Virus record (IMG/VR): IMGVR_UViG_3300033146_003479
Span: 70,397 to 134,396 of that record
Source: a virus
Strand: one strand, 5' to 3'
Length of the DNA: 64,000 nt
Shown piece after piece: positions 49,775 to 59,625 of the stretch (within the stretch, counting starts at the first letter, position 1; the number at the start of each line of letters is the position of its first letter). Made by a program: the position numbers and the translations under genes. The notes beneath the pieces are model-generated. The model saw nothing but the letters and a program-made list of their open reading frames with translations. It had not been told where the DNA came from and searched no databases.

Positions 49775-50251
49775 ATGTCATCGCAACCCTTTCATGAATT
49801 ATTACCTAATATAATTCAACGAGAAGAAAATGAACTTATACGAGAGTCATTATTTGAAAAAACACAAATAACATATGATGATGATTTCTTTGTTGATTTT
49901 GATATGAAAATGGGAATGAATCCTATAAGCGGAGACGTTTCTAAAAAGACAACTGTTGATTCAGTATCGCAAAGTATAAAAAATCTAATTTTAAATAAAA
50001 AATTTTTTAAGCGAATGCCTGTAAATTTTCGTCAATTATTATTTGAAAACTCAAATGTTCCATTTTTATCATCTCAATTAAAAAGCAAAATTATTGATTT
50101 CCTAAATCGAAATGAGCCAAGAGTAAATATTGATGATGTGATAATTCAATTGCACTCCAACAATCATTCAGTAACGGTTGATATTTCGTTTCGACTAGTA
50201 ACTAATTTATCTATGTTGTATAAATTTCCAATTTTCATTAATGTTCGATAA
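49775..50251 (+). CDS. gp25: baseplate wedge protein, T4 gp25-like
   Basis: DSVSQSIKNLIL..LLFEN..NEPRV pattern; late promoter TATAAATA at 49741. Confidence 0.8.
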   Translation: MSSQPFHELLPNIIQREENELIRESLFEKTQITYDDDFFVDFDMKMGMNPISGDVSKKTTVDSVSQSIKNLILNKKFFKRMPVNFRQLLFENSNVPFLSSQLKSKIIDFLNRNEPRVNIDDVIIQLHSNNHSVTVDISFRLVTNLSMLYKFPIFINVR

Positions 50252-50351
50252 CAAATAGGACTTTTTTTTAAAACAATATTATTCTTAATTGATATATTAC
50301 TTTAATGGGCAATTTTAGCCTCAATTAATATTTATTTAAATGGAGAGTAAG

Positions 50352-50690
50352 ATGAGTGAGAAAATTTTTATTGGATTTGTAGATGGAATGTTGAGTATTG
50401 GAAAAGAGAGTGGGGATATGATTACTGAGATTATGGGATTTGGATTTGATTCTGATATAGAAACGGGACAATTAAAAATGGCGTTACAGAATCCTTTACC
50501 GTTTAATTTTAGAAAAAAAGGAACTGCTGAGGTTTTTAGAATGGCATTACATAAAACCAAATTTACATATATTTTAGATGTGGATGATGTGGATGGTGCC
50601 GATGAGATCATTTCTTATTATTTAGGGCAACTTGCTCAAGAGCAACTCGCAATGAGCGAAAGTGCTAAAATGAAATCTGAGGTAAAATAA
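50352..50690 (+). CDS. hypothetical protein
   Basis: GGAG SD; TGATATATT element at 50290. Confidence 0.6.
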   Translation: MSEKIFIGFVDGMLSIGKESGDMITEIMGFGFDSDIETGQLKMALQNPLPFNFRKKGTAEVFRMALHKTKFTYILDVDDVDGADEIISYYLGQLAQEQLAMSESAKMKSEVK

Positions 50691-51746
50691 ATGAGTAAAA
50701 ATTTCATGAAGGATTTATTAAAAGCATCTGATAATCCGTATGCAACTATTTTATCCGAGGGCTCAGTTTATGATAATGCATCGTTAATTAGTACAGGCAA
50801 TTATATGTTGAATGCTCAAATAAGCGGATCATTATATGGAGGATATGCTTCAAATAAAATATTTATTCTCGCAGGCGAACAAGCAACTGGAAAAACATTT
50901 ATGGTGTTAAGTATGGTCAAACAATATCTTCAATCTAATCCAACAAATATGGTCACTTTTTTTGAAACTGAAGGTGCAATAGATAAAGCAATGTTGGAAG
51001 AACGAGGACTAGATACTAATCGAATCATTTTTATTCCTGTGGATAGTGTTGAGAACTTCAAGATTCAATCCATCAAAGTGTTAAAACGATATGAAGATAT
51101 AAAAATGGATGGCGATGAGGTGAAGCCAAAAATGATGTTTGTTCTTGATTCTATAGGGATGTTAGCATCATCTAAAGAATTAAATGATGCATTAGATGGA
51201 AAAACCACTGCTGATATGACGAGAGCAAAGACTTTAAAATCTACTTTCCGAATATTAACATTATCGTTAGCAAAAAATGATATTCCTATGATTTGTACTA
51301 ATCACACATATGAATCGATAGGAATATTTGCTAAAAAAAGTATGGGTGGCGGGTCTGGAGCCTATTTTTCAGCAAGTACTATTGGATTTTTATCAAAAGC
51401 CCAAATTAAAGATGGAACTATTAATACAGGAATTTTAGTTTCATGTAAACTTGAAAAGTCAAGATTATCAAAAGAAAAAAGTTTGATAAAATTTGAAATT
51501 GATTTTAATAATGGAATCAATTTATATAGTGGACTATTTGATTTTTGTGAAAGTCGTAATATAATTAAAAAAGAAGGTAGAACTTATTTTTTTGAAGGTG
51601 AAACTAAAGCCGATGGGAAAGCAAAGGCAAGTATTTATAGTGATCCGGCTGCCTTTTTTACTGAAGAAAAATTGAGAACTATTGTTGAGCCTCAAGTCAA
51701 TGCTATTTTTAAATATGGCACTAAAGATATATTTGACGAAGAATAG
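50691..51746 (+). CDS. uvsX: RecA-like recombinase UvsX
   Basis: STGNYMLNAQISG, AGEQATGKT Walker A, LDSIGML, DMTRAK, NHTY, GGGSG. Confidence 0.92.
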   Translation: MSKNFMKDLLKASDNPYATILSEGSVYDNASLISTGNYMLNAQISGSLYGGYASNKIFILAGEQATGKTFMVLSMVKQYLQSNPTNMVTFFETEGAIDKAMLEERGLDTNRIIFIPVDSVENFKIQSIKVLKRYEDIKMDGDEVKPKMMFVLDSIGMLASSKELNDALDGKTTADMTRAKTLKSTFRILTLSLAKNDIPMICTNHTYESIGIFAKKSMGGGSGAYFSASTIGFLSKAQIKDGTINTGILVSCKLEKSRLSKEKSLIKFEIDFNNGINLYSGLFDFCESRNIIKKEGRTYFFEGETKADGKAKASIYSDPAAFFTEEKLRTIVEPQVNAIFKYGTKDIFDEE

Positions 51747-51824
51747 AATTATTAGGGAGCGTAAAACCTCCCTAAAAACATAAATAATTTATATAATATT
51801 AATATATTTTATGTGAGAAAGGTT

Positions 51825-52163
51825 ATGAGATTGCAAGAAGTAGATTCGTTAAAAATCAATTTAGTTCGAGAATTAAAGACTATTTTAAATGAAGAACTGA
51901 ATCAATTAGATTTAGAAAAGTCATTTAAGTCAGTTCGAAGTATTAAACATTGTTTTACTGAATCAGAATATTCTCAACTGAAAACAGTTCTGCGTAATGC
52001 TATAATTAATGAAATTCGAGTTACTGATGACGATAATTCAATTGAAATAAAAATATTCACAGAAAATTTTCAAAATCAAAAAGAACTAAATAAAATACAC
52101 AATATTTTAATTGAAACTGTTGAGATATTTAACAACAACACATTATTAATTATTAAAAAATAA
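51825..52163 (+). CDS. hypothetical late protein
   Basis: CATAAATA at 51779; ILNEE motif. Confidence 0.55.
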   Translation: MRLQEVDSLKINLVRELKTILNEELNQLDLEKSFKSVRSIKHCFTESEYSQLKTVLRNAIINEIRVTDDDNSIEIKIFTENFQNQKELNKIHNILIETVEIFNNNTLLIIKK

Positions 52164-52174
52164 AGGTAAAAACT

Positions 52175-52348
52175 ATGCGAAAAAAAATAAACGAACAGAA
52201 AAAGAAATCGAATAACGAAAATAATATGGTTTATACTATACCAGATTCAAAAAAACTATTAAAGTATATTGAGAAAAAGTTTACTGGTGGAGTTAAAGCA
52301 TATAAAGATGAAATAAAAGAATCTTTATTGAAAATCATCAAAAAATAA
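52175..52348 (+). CDS. small basic protein (57 aa), not in the ORF track
   Basis: AAGG SD, ATG 52175, TAA 52346-52348; MRKKINEQ...LLKIIKK. Confidence 0.5.
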   Translation: MRKKINEQKKKSNNENNMVYTIPDSKKLLKYIEKKFTGGVKAYKDEIKESLLKIIKK

Positions 52349-52596
52349 TTAAAAAACGCAATCTTATCATAAATCCTTGCCTAAAATAGGTTAAAAATCC
52401 TAAAAAAATATATTTTTTCTTGATATATTATATCAGTTATTGGTATATAATGATATTCATTATATATTTTCACTTTAAAATGAAAAATGCTAATAAATAA
52501 CAGAACTTAATAAGTAGTTGTAATTCTTAATTATTATACGTATGAATGTCAACTATTAATTTATAAATAATATGAAACAATAGTATGAGAGGAATT

Positions 52597-52818
52597 ATGA
52601 TAGTTGAAATGAGTTCAGAAAAGGTTGAAGAGTTACAATCCTTTTTACCATTAAATGTGACGTTTAAAGATTTAGAAATTCAAATTAAAAGTATAGAGTT
52701 GGATGCGAGTGATGATATAACATTAGAATTTATTTATCCAAAGGATCGTACTGATGAATCCTTTCAACATCTAAATGAATTTTTATTGATTTTTAATTAC
52801 AAAAAAGTTGAATCTTGA
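52597..52818 (+). CDS. small acidic hypothetical protein
   Basis: GAGGA SD, TATAAATA at 52562. Confidence 0.55.
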   Translation: MIVEMSSEKVEELQSFLPLNVTFKDLEIQIKSIELDASDDITLEFIYPKDRTDESFQHLNEFLLIFNYKKVES

Positions 52819-52864
52819 TATATTATATTGCAAGTGATTTGAACTTTAAGTGATGGAGAAAAGA

Positions 52865-54292
52865 ATGCTAGAAAATATTAATTATTCAGATATGATAATT
52901 TTTAATTTAATTTCAAATGAAGATTATAGAAACTCATTTATTCCAATATTAAATGATGCCTATTTTAAAGGATATCATAAACAAATATTTAAAGTGATTT
53001 ATAATTTTCATTTAAATGATATGAAGCATTTTACCAGAAATGAAATTTTCTTGAAGATGAAAGAAAATCAAAATATGGATCCAGAATCAACTAAAGAAAT
53101 TGCTCGACTTTTTTATACATTAGAAAAGAGTGGGTATGATTTAAATAAAGATTTTTTAGATGATGAAACTGAAAATTGGATTAAACAAAAGTCAATTGAA
53201 AAAGGAGTCATTGATTGTATTGAAATTATGCAAACTACTCCTGAGAATAGTCATGAGATGCCTGAGATATTAATAAATGCATTAAATGTATCTCTCAATG
53301 ATGAAATAGGATTAGATTATAATAATACATTGGAACGACGAATTGATTTTTACAAAAAAAGAGAGGATAAAATTAAATTTACTCCAAATAGAGATGATAT
53401 ATTAAATAAAATAACAAATGGAGGTCTCTCAAGGAAGACTCTTAATATTTTTATGGCTGGAACAGGAATAGGGAAAACATTAACTATGACCTCGCTAGCG
53501 AGTGATTATATTAGAATGGGATATAATGTTTTATATGTGACATTGGAAATTGCTGAAGAGAGAATTGGTAGTAGAATTGATGCTAATCTATTAGACGTTT
53601 CAATTGAAGAGTTACATACTACATCAAAGGATATTCTCATGAATAAGTTTTCTAACTTCACTAGTTCTGGCAATCGAGGAGATCTTTTCATAAAAGAGTA
53701 TCCCACAGGAAGTATAAATACAGTGCATATTAAAGGACTTATTAAAGAATTGAATATGAAGCATGAGTTTAAGCCCGACGTTATTATGGTTGATTATTTG
53801 AATTTAATGAATCCCGCTAGAAATGTTGGGAAAAATAGTAACTCATATATTAATATAAAAACTATTGCTGAAGAATTAAGAGGTGTCGCTGTCGAAACGA
53901 ATACCGCAATTATATCAGTAACTCAAGCCAATAGAGAAGGATTAAATGGAAATGAAGTTGATTTAGATTCAGTTTCAGAATCAGCAGGATTACCACATAC
54001 CGCAGATTTCTTTTGTGGAATTTTTCAAAATGAAACTCAACGAGAAAATAATATATATATGTTTAAAACATTAAAGAATAGATATTCATCATTTGTTAAT
54101 TGGAAGTTTGTTATGAAAGTTGATTATCTTAAAATGAAAGTTGAAGAAGTGAACTCCGATGAGTTTGAGGAAATTGAGAATAAGGGCTTAGATCAGATAA
54201 CTGAAAGTAAGAAAATAGAAAATGCGGGAAAAGATAGAGGATCATTCTTACCATATGATTCTATTAAGAAAAAACGTTCACGAAGACACTAA
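52865..54292 (+). CDS. gp41: replicative DnaB-like helicase, T4 gp41-like
   Basis: MAGTGIGKT Walker A, YVTLEIAE, IKEYPTG, VDYLNL, AEELRG, TQANR, SESAGLP; no intein. Confidence 0.92.
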   Translation: MLENINYSDMIIFNLISNEDYRNSFIPILNDAYFKGYHKQIFKVIYNFHLNDMKHFTRNEIFLKMKENQNMDPESTKEIARLFYTLEKSGYDLNKDFLDDETENWIKQKSIEKGVIDCIEIMQTTPENSHEMPEILINALNVSLNDEIGLDYNNTLERRIDFYKKREDKIKFTPNRDDILNKITNGGLSRKTLNIFMAGTGIGKTLTMTSLASDYIRMGYNVLYVTLEIAEERIGSRIDANLLDVSIEELHTTSKDILMNKFSNFTSSGNRGDLFIKEYPTGSINTVHIKGLIKELNMKHEFKPDVIMVDYLNLMNPARNVGKNSNSYINIKTIAEELRGVAVETNTAIISVTQANREGLNGNEVDLDSVSESAGLPHTADFFCGIFQNETQRENNIYMFKTLKNRYSSFVNWKFVMKVDYLKMKVEEVNSDEFEEIENKGLDQITESKKIENAGKDRGSFLPYDSIKKKRSRRH

Positions 54293-54300
54293 GAGGAATT

Positions 54301-54642
54301 ATGATTTATTTTGCTCACAGATTAAACCCAACACTATATGTTGATAATACAGATGTTATCCATTCATACTCTACCATATCAAAACGATATGAACTTGATG
54401 CAAGAGAATTGCCTTGTGCTTTTGAGAAAAGTATGAATGATTTAAAGGATTTTGCATTTTACACAAGACTAGGATCCTCTGTAATAAGAGTTCATAAAAT
54501 TAATATGCAATATACGGATATGGAATTAAATTTGATTAGTAGTGGAGATTTACCTCCACATGAGCGACTAGAAGAAGCATTTGTAAGAGCATCTGCTTAT
54601 ATTCAAACTGAACATATAAAAAACACAATGAGGACTAAATAA
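54301..54642 (+). CDS. hypothetical protein
   Basis: GAGGA SD; coupled to nrdG. Confidence 0.6.
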   Translation: MIYFAHRLNPTLYVDNTDVIHSYSTISKRYELDARELPCAFEKSMNDLKDFAFYTRLGSSVIRVHKINMQYTDMELNLISSGDLPPHERLEEAFVRASAYIQTEHIKNTMRTK

Positions 54643-55193
54643 TGAACACTAATGTTATTTCAATAACTACTGAAATGAATGATATCCCTAATCTTTCGAC
54701 GACAATATGGTTTTCTGGATGCAAATTGGACTGTGCGGGATGTCATAATACTATACTTGAAGATTTCACACCGGGATTTTCATTAGATGAAGTTGAAGAA
54801 TTATTAATTGAACGACGAAAAATGACAGATTGGTTAGTATATTTGGGAGGGAATCCATTAGATTCAATTGATGATGTGTTATCCATATCAAAAATTGCCA
54901 AGAAATTGGGATTTAATCAATTTTTATATAGCGGATATACATTTTTAGAATTTAAAAGTATGTTTTCATCAGAAATTCATACGGAGTTAATTCACAATTT
55001 CGATTACATAAAGACCGGACGATTTGATCCACATTTCATGAAAGAAAAGTGTTGTGATATTGGACAAGATTATTTTTTCGCAACTGTAAATCAAGAAGTT
55101 TATAAAAGCGACTCTGACGATAATGTTTGGGATAAATTCTATAATTTTAATTTAGATAACCAACGCATTCAAGGTCAAATGAGTCAATTATGA
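54642..55193 (+). CDS. nrdG: anaerobic RNR activating enzyme (radical SAM)
   Basis: FSGCKLDCAGCHN CxxxCxxC, LGGNP, YSGY, IKTGRF; adjacent to nrdD. Confidence 0.88.
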   Translation: MNTNVISITTEMNDIPNLSTTIWFSGCKLDCAGCHNTILEDFTPGFSLDEVEELLIERRKMTDWLVYLGGNPLDSIDDVLSISKIAKKLGFNQFLYSGYTFLEFKSMFSSEIHTELIHNFDYIKTGRFDPHFMKEKCCDIGQDYFFATVNQEVYKSDSDDNVWDKFYNFNLDNQRIQGQMSQL

Positions 55194-55256
55194 TTAGTTA
55201 TGAGAATCTAATAAATATTATATATGTAATTTTAACCTAATACGACGGAGAAACGT

Positions 55257-58200
55257 ATGAATGTAATTAAAAGAGATGGTAATATTGTTGCCTTTAATTG
55301 GGAAAAGATTTTTAATGCTGTTCGCAAAGCATTTGACGAGAGTGAAATAAAATATTCTAAAGAGAGTTTAGATATGATATTTGGCGATCTTAGAGATTGG
55401 TTTGACACGCAACATTATAAAAAATCAGAAATGAAAGTAGAAGATATTCAAGATCAATTGGTTATATGGATGCATAGTAATGCATATCACAATCAAGCAA
55501 TAAAATTTATGAAATATAGAGAGCGACGAAGTATTGCAAGAGGAGTCAATTCGGTAGATTCAGTTTCATTGATTGATGATTATCTAAATAAAATAAATGA
55601 TATGGATATAAATGAAAATTCATCAACAATGTGGAGTCTTCAAGGACTAAATAATCACATTTTCAGTTCGCTTTCTGAGAAATATTGGCTTAGTCTGTAT
55701 TCCGATGAAATTAAAGATGCTTTCGATAGAGGGAGAATTCATATTCATGATTTATCCACCATCGGAGGGTATACTTATTACGGAAAAGAGACTGTTATAA
55801 TTAAACGAGACGAACAGATAATATTTTCATCTTTCGAAAAATTATTTGATGATTTATTGCCGGCTATGATTCGAGAAGAATATGTGGAAAGCGACGATGC
55901 CACGATTAGATACATTCGAGATGTGAAAATATTAGATAAGAATGGATGGACAAATTTACAACGAATTATCAAAAAGCGAAAGAATAAAGATATGCGATAT
56001 ATTCGAAATGAAAATGGAAAGGATATTATAGTCACAGATGACCATCCAATGATCATCAAAGATTATGAAGAAAAAAAATCTCAAAATGTAGTTGAGAACG
56101 AAGATTCATTATTGAGCGTTGATGTTATTAATATTTTAAAGACCGAAAATGAAAAATTATTCCATAAAGATCATATTTTGTTAAGTGATGAATTTAAAAA
56201 AAGAAATATTACAAAATTTAACGATAAAAAACAAATATATTTACATGGACGCCCTATAGATTTAAATGCAGAATTTAATGATAGCGATGAATTTTATATT
56301 AATAATCAATCATCAATGACTAATAGAATTGATTTGACTTATGATTTTGGGTATTTTATTGGATTTATGCTAGCAGAAGGACATTTATCTATAAATACAG
56401 ATGATATGTTTTCACCAATAATATCAATTTCCCAAAAAGACCCTGAAAAACTCATTCAACTTCATGATATGATGAATAAAAATAATGCGTTTGGATGCAT
56501 AAAGAATAATTCTATTGTTTTTTCAAATTACTTTTTAACATTCATAATTGGTTCCATTTTCAATATTACTCCTGGATCATATAATAAAAGTTTACCTGAA
56601 AACATATTAGAATACTCTAAAGAATTCAACTTAGGAATTATCGATGGTCTTATTGATGGAGACGGATTAGCAGGAAATAATTCGTATACATTAAGATTGA
56701 ATAATAAAACCATATTAAATCAAGTTTCAACTTTATTGAGAGGGTTTGGATTTTTTCCAAAAGGACAAACTCCCTTTGGAGCAAACACTACTCATCATTT
56801 TCAAGACAAAGAAATACATCAAAATTATGATATCATGGGAATCATTTTTAGAAATGTTAATGATACTCTTAAATGCGATAAGTCGTCTAGAGTGACTCGA
56901 TCTACTTCAAAAAAAGGATGTATTGATCACTTTAAAGAGGGATGGTCTAAAGTTAATAAAAACACTATAGTTCAAATTAAAGATGAATATATTTATGATA
57001 TAACTACTCAAACTAATACTTTAATTGTTAATGATATGTGGAATCACAATTGTGCCGGCTGGGATTTGAAAGAAGTTATAACAAAAGGATTCGGAGGAGT
57101 TCCTGGGAAACCATCATCCGCTCCACCAAAACATTTTTCTTCGGCTCTAAGTCAAGCCAACAATTTCATTTTCACACTTCAAGGTGAAACTGCTGGAGCC
57201 CAAGCGTTTAGCAACTTCAATACTCTGATGGCTCCATTTGTGTTTTATGATAATCTATCATATAAGCAAGTAAAGCAAGCCATACAAGAATTCATTTTCA
57301 ATCTTAATATATCAACTAGAGTGGGATTCCAAGCCCCATTTTCAAATTTGACCTTAGATTTAGACCCATCTAAGACCAATTACGCTGATGATTATGTAAT
57401 TGTTGGTGGAGAAATGCAAGAAAAACAATATAAAGATTTTAAACGTCAATCTGAATGGATTAATACTGCAATAATTGAAACTATGGAGGCTGGCGATGCA
57501 AATGGAGCAATGCTTAGTTATCCAATAATAACGTTCAATGTAACTAAAGATTTTCCTTGGGATAACAAATTTGGAGATCTACTTTTGAAAACTACTGCTA
57601 AATATGGATCCTTTTATTTTGCTAACTATATTAATAGTGACTATTCCTCCAGCGACGTTACTTCGATGTGTTGTCGACTTAGAATTGATAGAACCGAAGT
57701 TGAAAAACACGCTAAAAGTCTACAGGGACTTGAAAGTGAAGAATATGAGACCTCTCATCAAAAGGGTGGTGGGTTTTTTGGAGCCGCACCTAAAACAGGA
57801 AGCATTGGAGTTGTAACTTTAGGATTACCTGCAATTATGCATGATGCATATCAACATGAAATTCATACCGCTAAAATATATAAACTTGATACTGATACAA
57901 CCGAACAATTAATGGAAGATGTTTGGGTAACATTTTTAGATAAAGTTAAATATTATATGGATTTAGCAATTGAATCTCTTGAAAAGAAACGAAAAGTTAT
58001 TGAACAAAAAGCAGATTTAGGATTATATCCATACCTTAAAGTTTATCTTGCTGACATTAAGAAGAAAACTGGACAATATTTCGCTCAACATTTCTCAACC
58101 ATTTGTCCGAATGGTTTTCATGAAGCATTGATTGAATGGGGATTAAAAGATGGTATGATGTCGAAAAAAGGACAAGATTATGCTGAAAAACTTCTAAAAT

Positions 58201-58718
58201 TCATGACAGAGTATTCCATCATTCTTCAAAAAGAAAATAGGTGTCTTCTTAATATAGAACAGGCTCCTGCTGAAAGTGCTGGAGTAAAATTATGTACAAA
58301 ATCGGGTATAGATCCTCTTAATAATGGATACTATACAAATTCAACTTGGTTACCTGCGGATAAACCAAAAGATACATTTGAACAAATTAATATTCAAGGT
58401 AAATTAAATGAATATTATAGTGGAGGAAGTTCTCTTCATACATATACTGATGCTGATTTAGTTCCAATCTATAAAGATTTGAAAAAAATCATTCTTTATG
58501 CATTCGAGAATACTAAATTACCATATATGACAATTAGTCCTGTGTTTAGTGTTTGTGAGAATTGTGGTAGAATCCCTGGCAGACATTCTGTTTGTCCAAA
58601 ATGCTCATCGGAAAAAATGCAAACTTTCTCCAGAGTAGTTGGATATTATAGAGCCGAATCAAACTTCAATGAAGGTAGAAGAAAAGAAGCAGAAGAGAGA
58701 TATTTTCCTAAAATTTAA
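55257..58718 (+). CDS. nrdD: class III anaerobic ribonucleotide reductase with ATP cone and cis intein
   Basis: VIKRDG ATP cone, HIHDL, CAGW, MCCRL, Zn ribbon CENC..CPKC, glycyl radical SRVVGY. Confidence 0.95.
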   Translation: MNVIKRDGNIVAFNWEKIFNAVRKAFDESEIKYSKESLDMIFGDLRDWFDTQHYKKSEMKVEDIQDQLVIWMHSNAYHNQAIKFMKYRERRSIARGVNSVDSVSLIDDYLNKINDMDINENSSTMWSLQGLNNHIFSSLSEKYWLSLYSDEIKDAFDRGRIHIHDLSTIGGYTYYGKETVIIKRDEQIIFSSFEKLFDDLLPAMIREEYVESDDATIRYIRDVKILDKNGWTNLQRIIKKRKNKDMRYIRNENGKDIIVTDDHPMIIKDYEEKKSQNVVENEDSLLSVDVINILKTENEKLFHKDHILLSDEFKKRNITKFNDKKQIYLHGRPIDLNAEFNDSDEFYINNQSSMTNRIDLTYDFGYFIGFMLAEGHLSINTDDMFSPIISISQKDPEKLIQLHDMMNKNNAFGCIKNNSIVFSNYFLTFIIGSIFNITPGSYNKSLPENILEYSKEFNLGIIDGLIDGDGLAGNNSYTLRLNNKTILNQVSTLLRGFGFFPKGQTPFGANTTHHFQDKEIHQNYDIMGIIFRNVNDTLKCDKSSRVTRSTSKKGCIDHFKEGWSKVNKNTIVQIKDEYIYDITTQTNTLIVNDMWNHNCAGWDLKEVITKGFGGVPGKPSSAPPKHFSSALSQANNFIFTLQGETAGAQAFSNFNTLMAPFVFYDNLSYKQVKQAIQEFIFNLNISTRVGFQAPFSNLTLDLDPSKTNYADDYVIVGGEMQEKQYKDFKRQSEWINTAIIETMEAGDANGAMLSYPIITFNVTKDFPWDNKFGDLLLKTTAKYGSFYFANYINSDYSSSDVTSMCCRLRIDRTEVEKHAKSLQGLESEEYETSHQKGGGFFGAAPKTGSIGVVTLGLPAIMHDAYQHEIHTAKIYKLDTDTTEQLMEDVWVTFLDKVKYYMDLAIESLEKKRKVIEQKADLGLYPYLKVYLADIKKKTGQYFAQHFSTICPNGFHEALIEWGLKDGMMSKKGQDYAEKLLKFMTEYSIILQKENRCLLNIEQAPAESAGVKLCTKSGIDPLNNGYYTNSTWLPADKPKDTFEQINIQGKLNEYYSGGSSLHTYTDADLVPIYKDLKKIILYAFENTKLPYMTISPVFSVCENCGRIPGRHSVCPKCSSEKMQTFSRVVGYYRAESNFNEGRRKEAEERYFPKI
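55773..57050 (+). mobile_element. 426 aa cis intein with LAGLIDADG homing endonuclease; begins with Thr
   Basis: Exteins rejoin as HDLSTIGGY|CAGWDL; TDDH block B, FMLAEG and GLIDGDG, IYDIT, WNHN/C. Confidence 0.88.
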
Positions 58719-59575
58719 GGAATAAGAATTTCATCCTCCTTGATATTATCAGACAAATTTTGAAGAACTTCTACATTTAAAATATTCATAGATAATGCCC
58801 ACTTTTTCTTTAAGTAAACATCTAACACTTGATTAATAGTTAGTAGATGTTTTTTATTCAACACGAAAAAGTAATTTAACATTTTTTCAACATCAACACA
58901 CTCAGATAAATTACAATTAGGTTCCAATATTAATAAATTTTTCATGATTTTTTTCATATTATTGTCTATTTTAAATAATACAATGAAGAATTCATATATT
59001 TCTTTTTTTAAAAGTAATAATAATTTATTATGATATGATATATCGTTGATTAAATCTTCGTCCACTTTGTCTTCATTTTTCTTTAAAAACTTAATTATCT
59101 TTTCATAAAGTTTGATTCGTAAAGTTGAATCTAAATTAGACAATGTTATAGGGAAAAACATTTCTGAATAAAAATCTTCACTTTCTGCGATAATATCATC
59201 TAATAAATTCATTCGTTGATATTCAAATAAATTAATATTAAATACATTATATACATGTTTGTTACCCTCTTTCGATCTAATAGATTTAGTAATATCAATA
59301 AAATAATAATTTTCAGGGAAAGTATTGTTCATTTCTACAATCTTCTCTCGTAATGATTCTTGAATGCCTGTGAACTCAGCCTTCTTTTTATTTTGAAGAT
59401 AGTATTTCGACCCATAGCAATATATCTTTTTTTTAAAAAAATTAACTTTTTTAAATTGATTTTCATATTTTTGTATTTTCAAATATTCCTCATTCGAGCC
59501 TTTTTGTTGATATATATGATATAAGTCCTTGTTTATTATTTTAGTGCAAAATAATTGTTCTATATTTTTAGCCAT
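58715..59575 (-). CDS. hypothetical protein
   Basis: GGAG SD before ATG 59575; 4 nt stop-stop overlap with nrdD. Confidence 0.6.
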   Translation of the reverse strand: MAKNIEQLFCTKIINKDLYHIYQQKGSNEEYLKIQKYENQFKKVNFFKKKIYCYGSKYYLQNKKKAEFTGIQESLREKIVEMNNTFPENYYFIDITKSIRSKEGNKHVYNVFNINLFEYQRMNLLDDIIAESEDFYSEMFFPITLSNLDSTLRIKLYEKIIKFLKKNEDKVDEDLINDISYHNKLLLLLKKEIYEFFIVLFKIDNNMKKIMKNLLILEPNCNLSECVDVEKMLNYFFVLNKKHLLTINQVLDVYLKKKWALSMNILNVEVLQNLSDNIKEDEILIP

Positions 59576-59625
59576 GTTTTTCTCCAAAAAATTAGTAATT
59601 GCTTTTATTTAGTGATAGTCCAGGA

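Noticed and set aside
51752-51775. Hairpin TTAGGGAG-CGTAAAAC-CTCCCTAA after uvsX as an intrinsic terminator
   Set aside because: Real 8 bp stem but followed by A-run, not a U-tract, on the sense strand; function unclear
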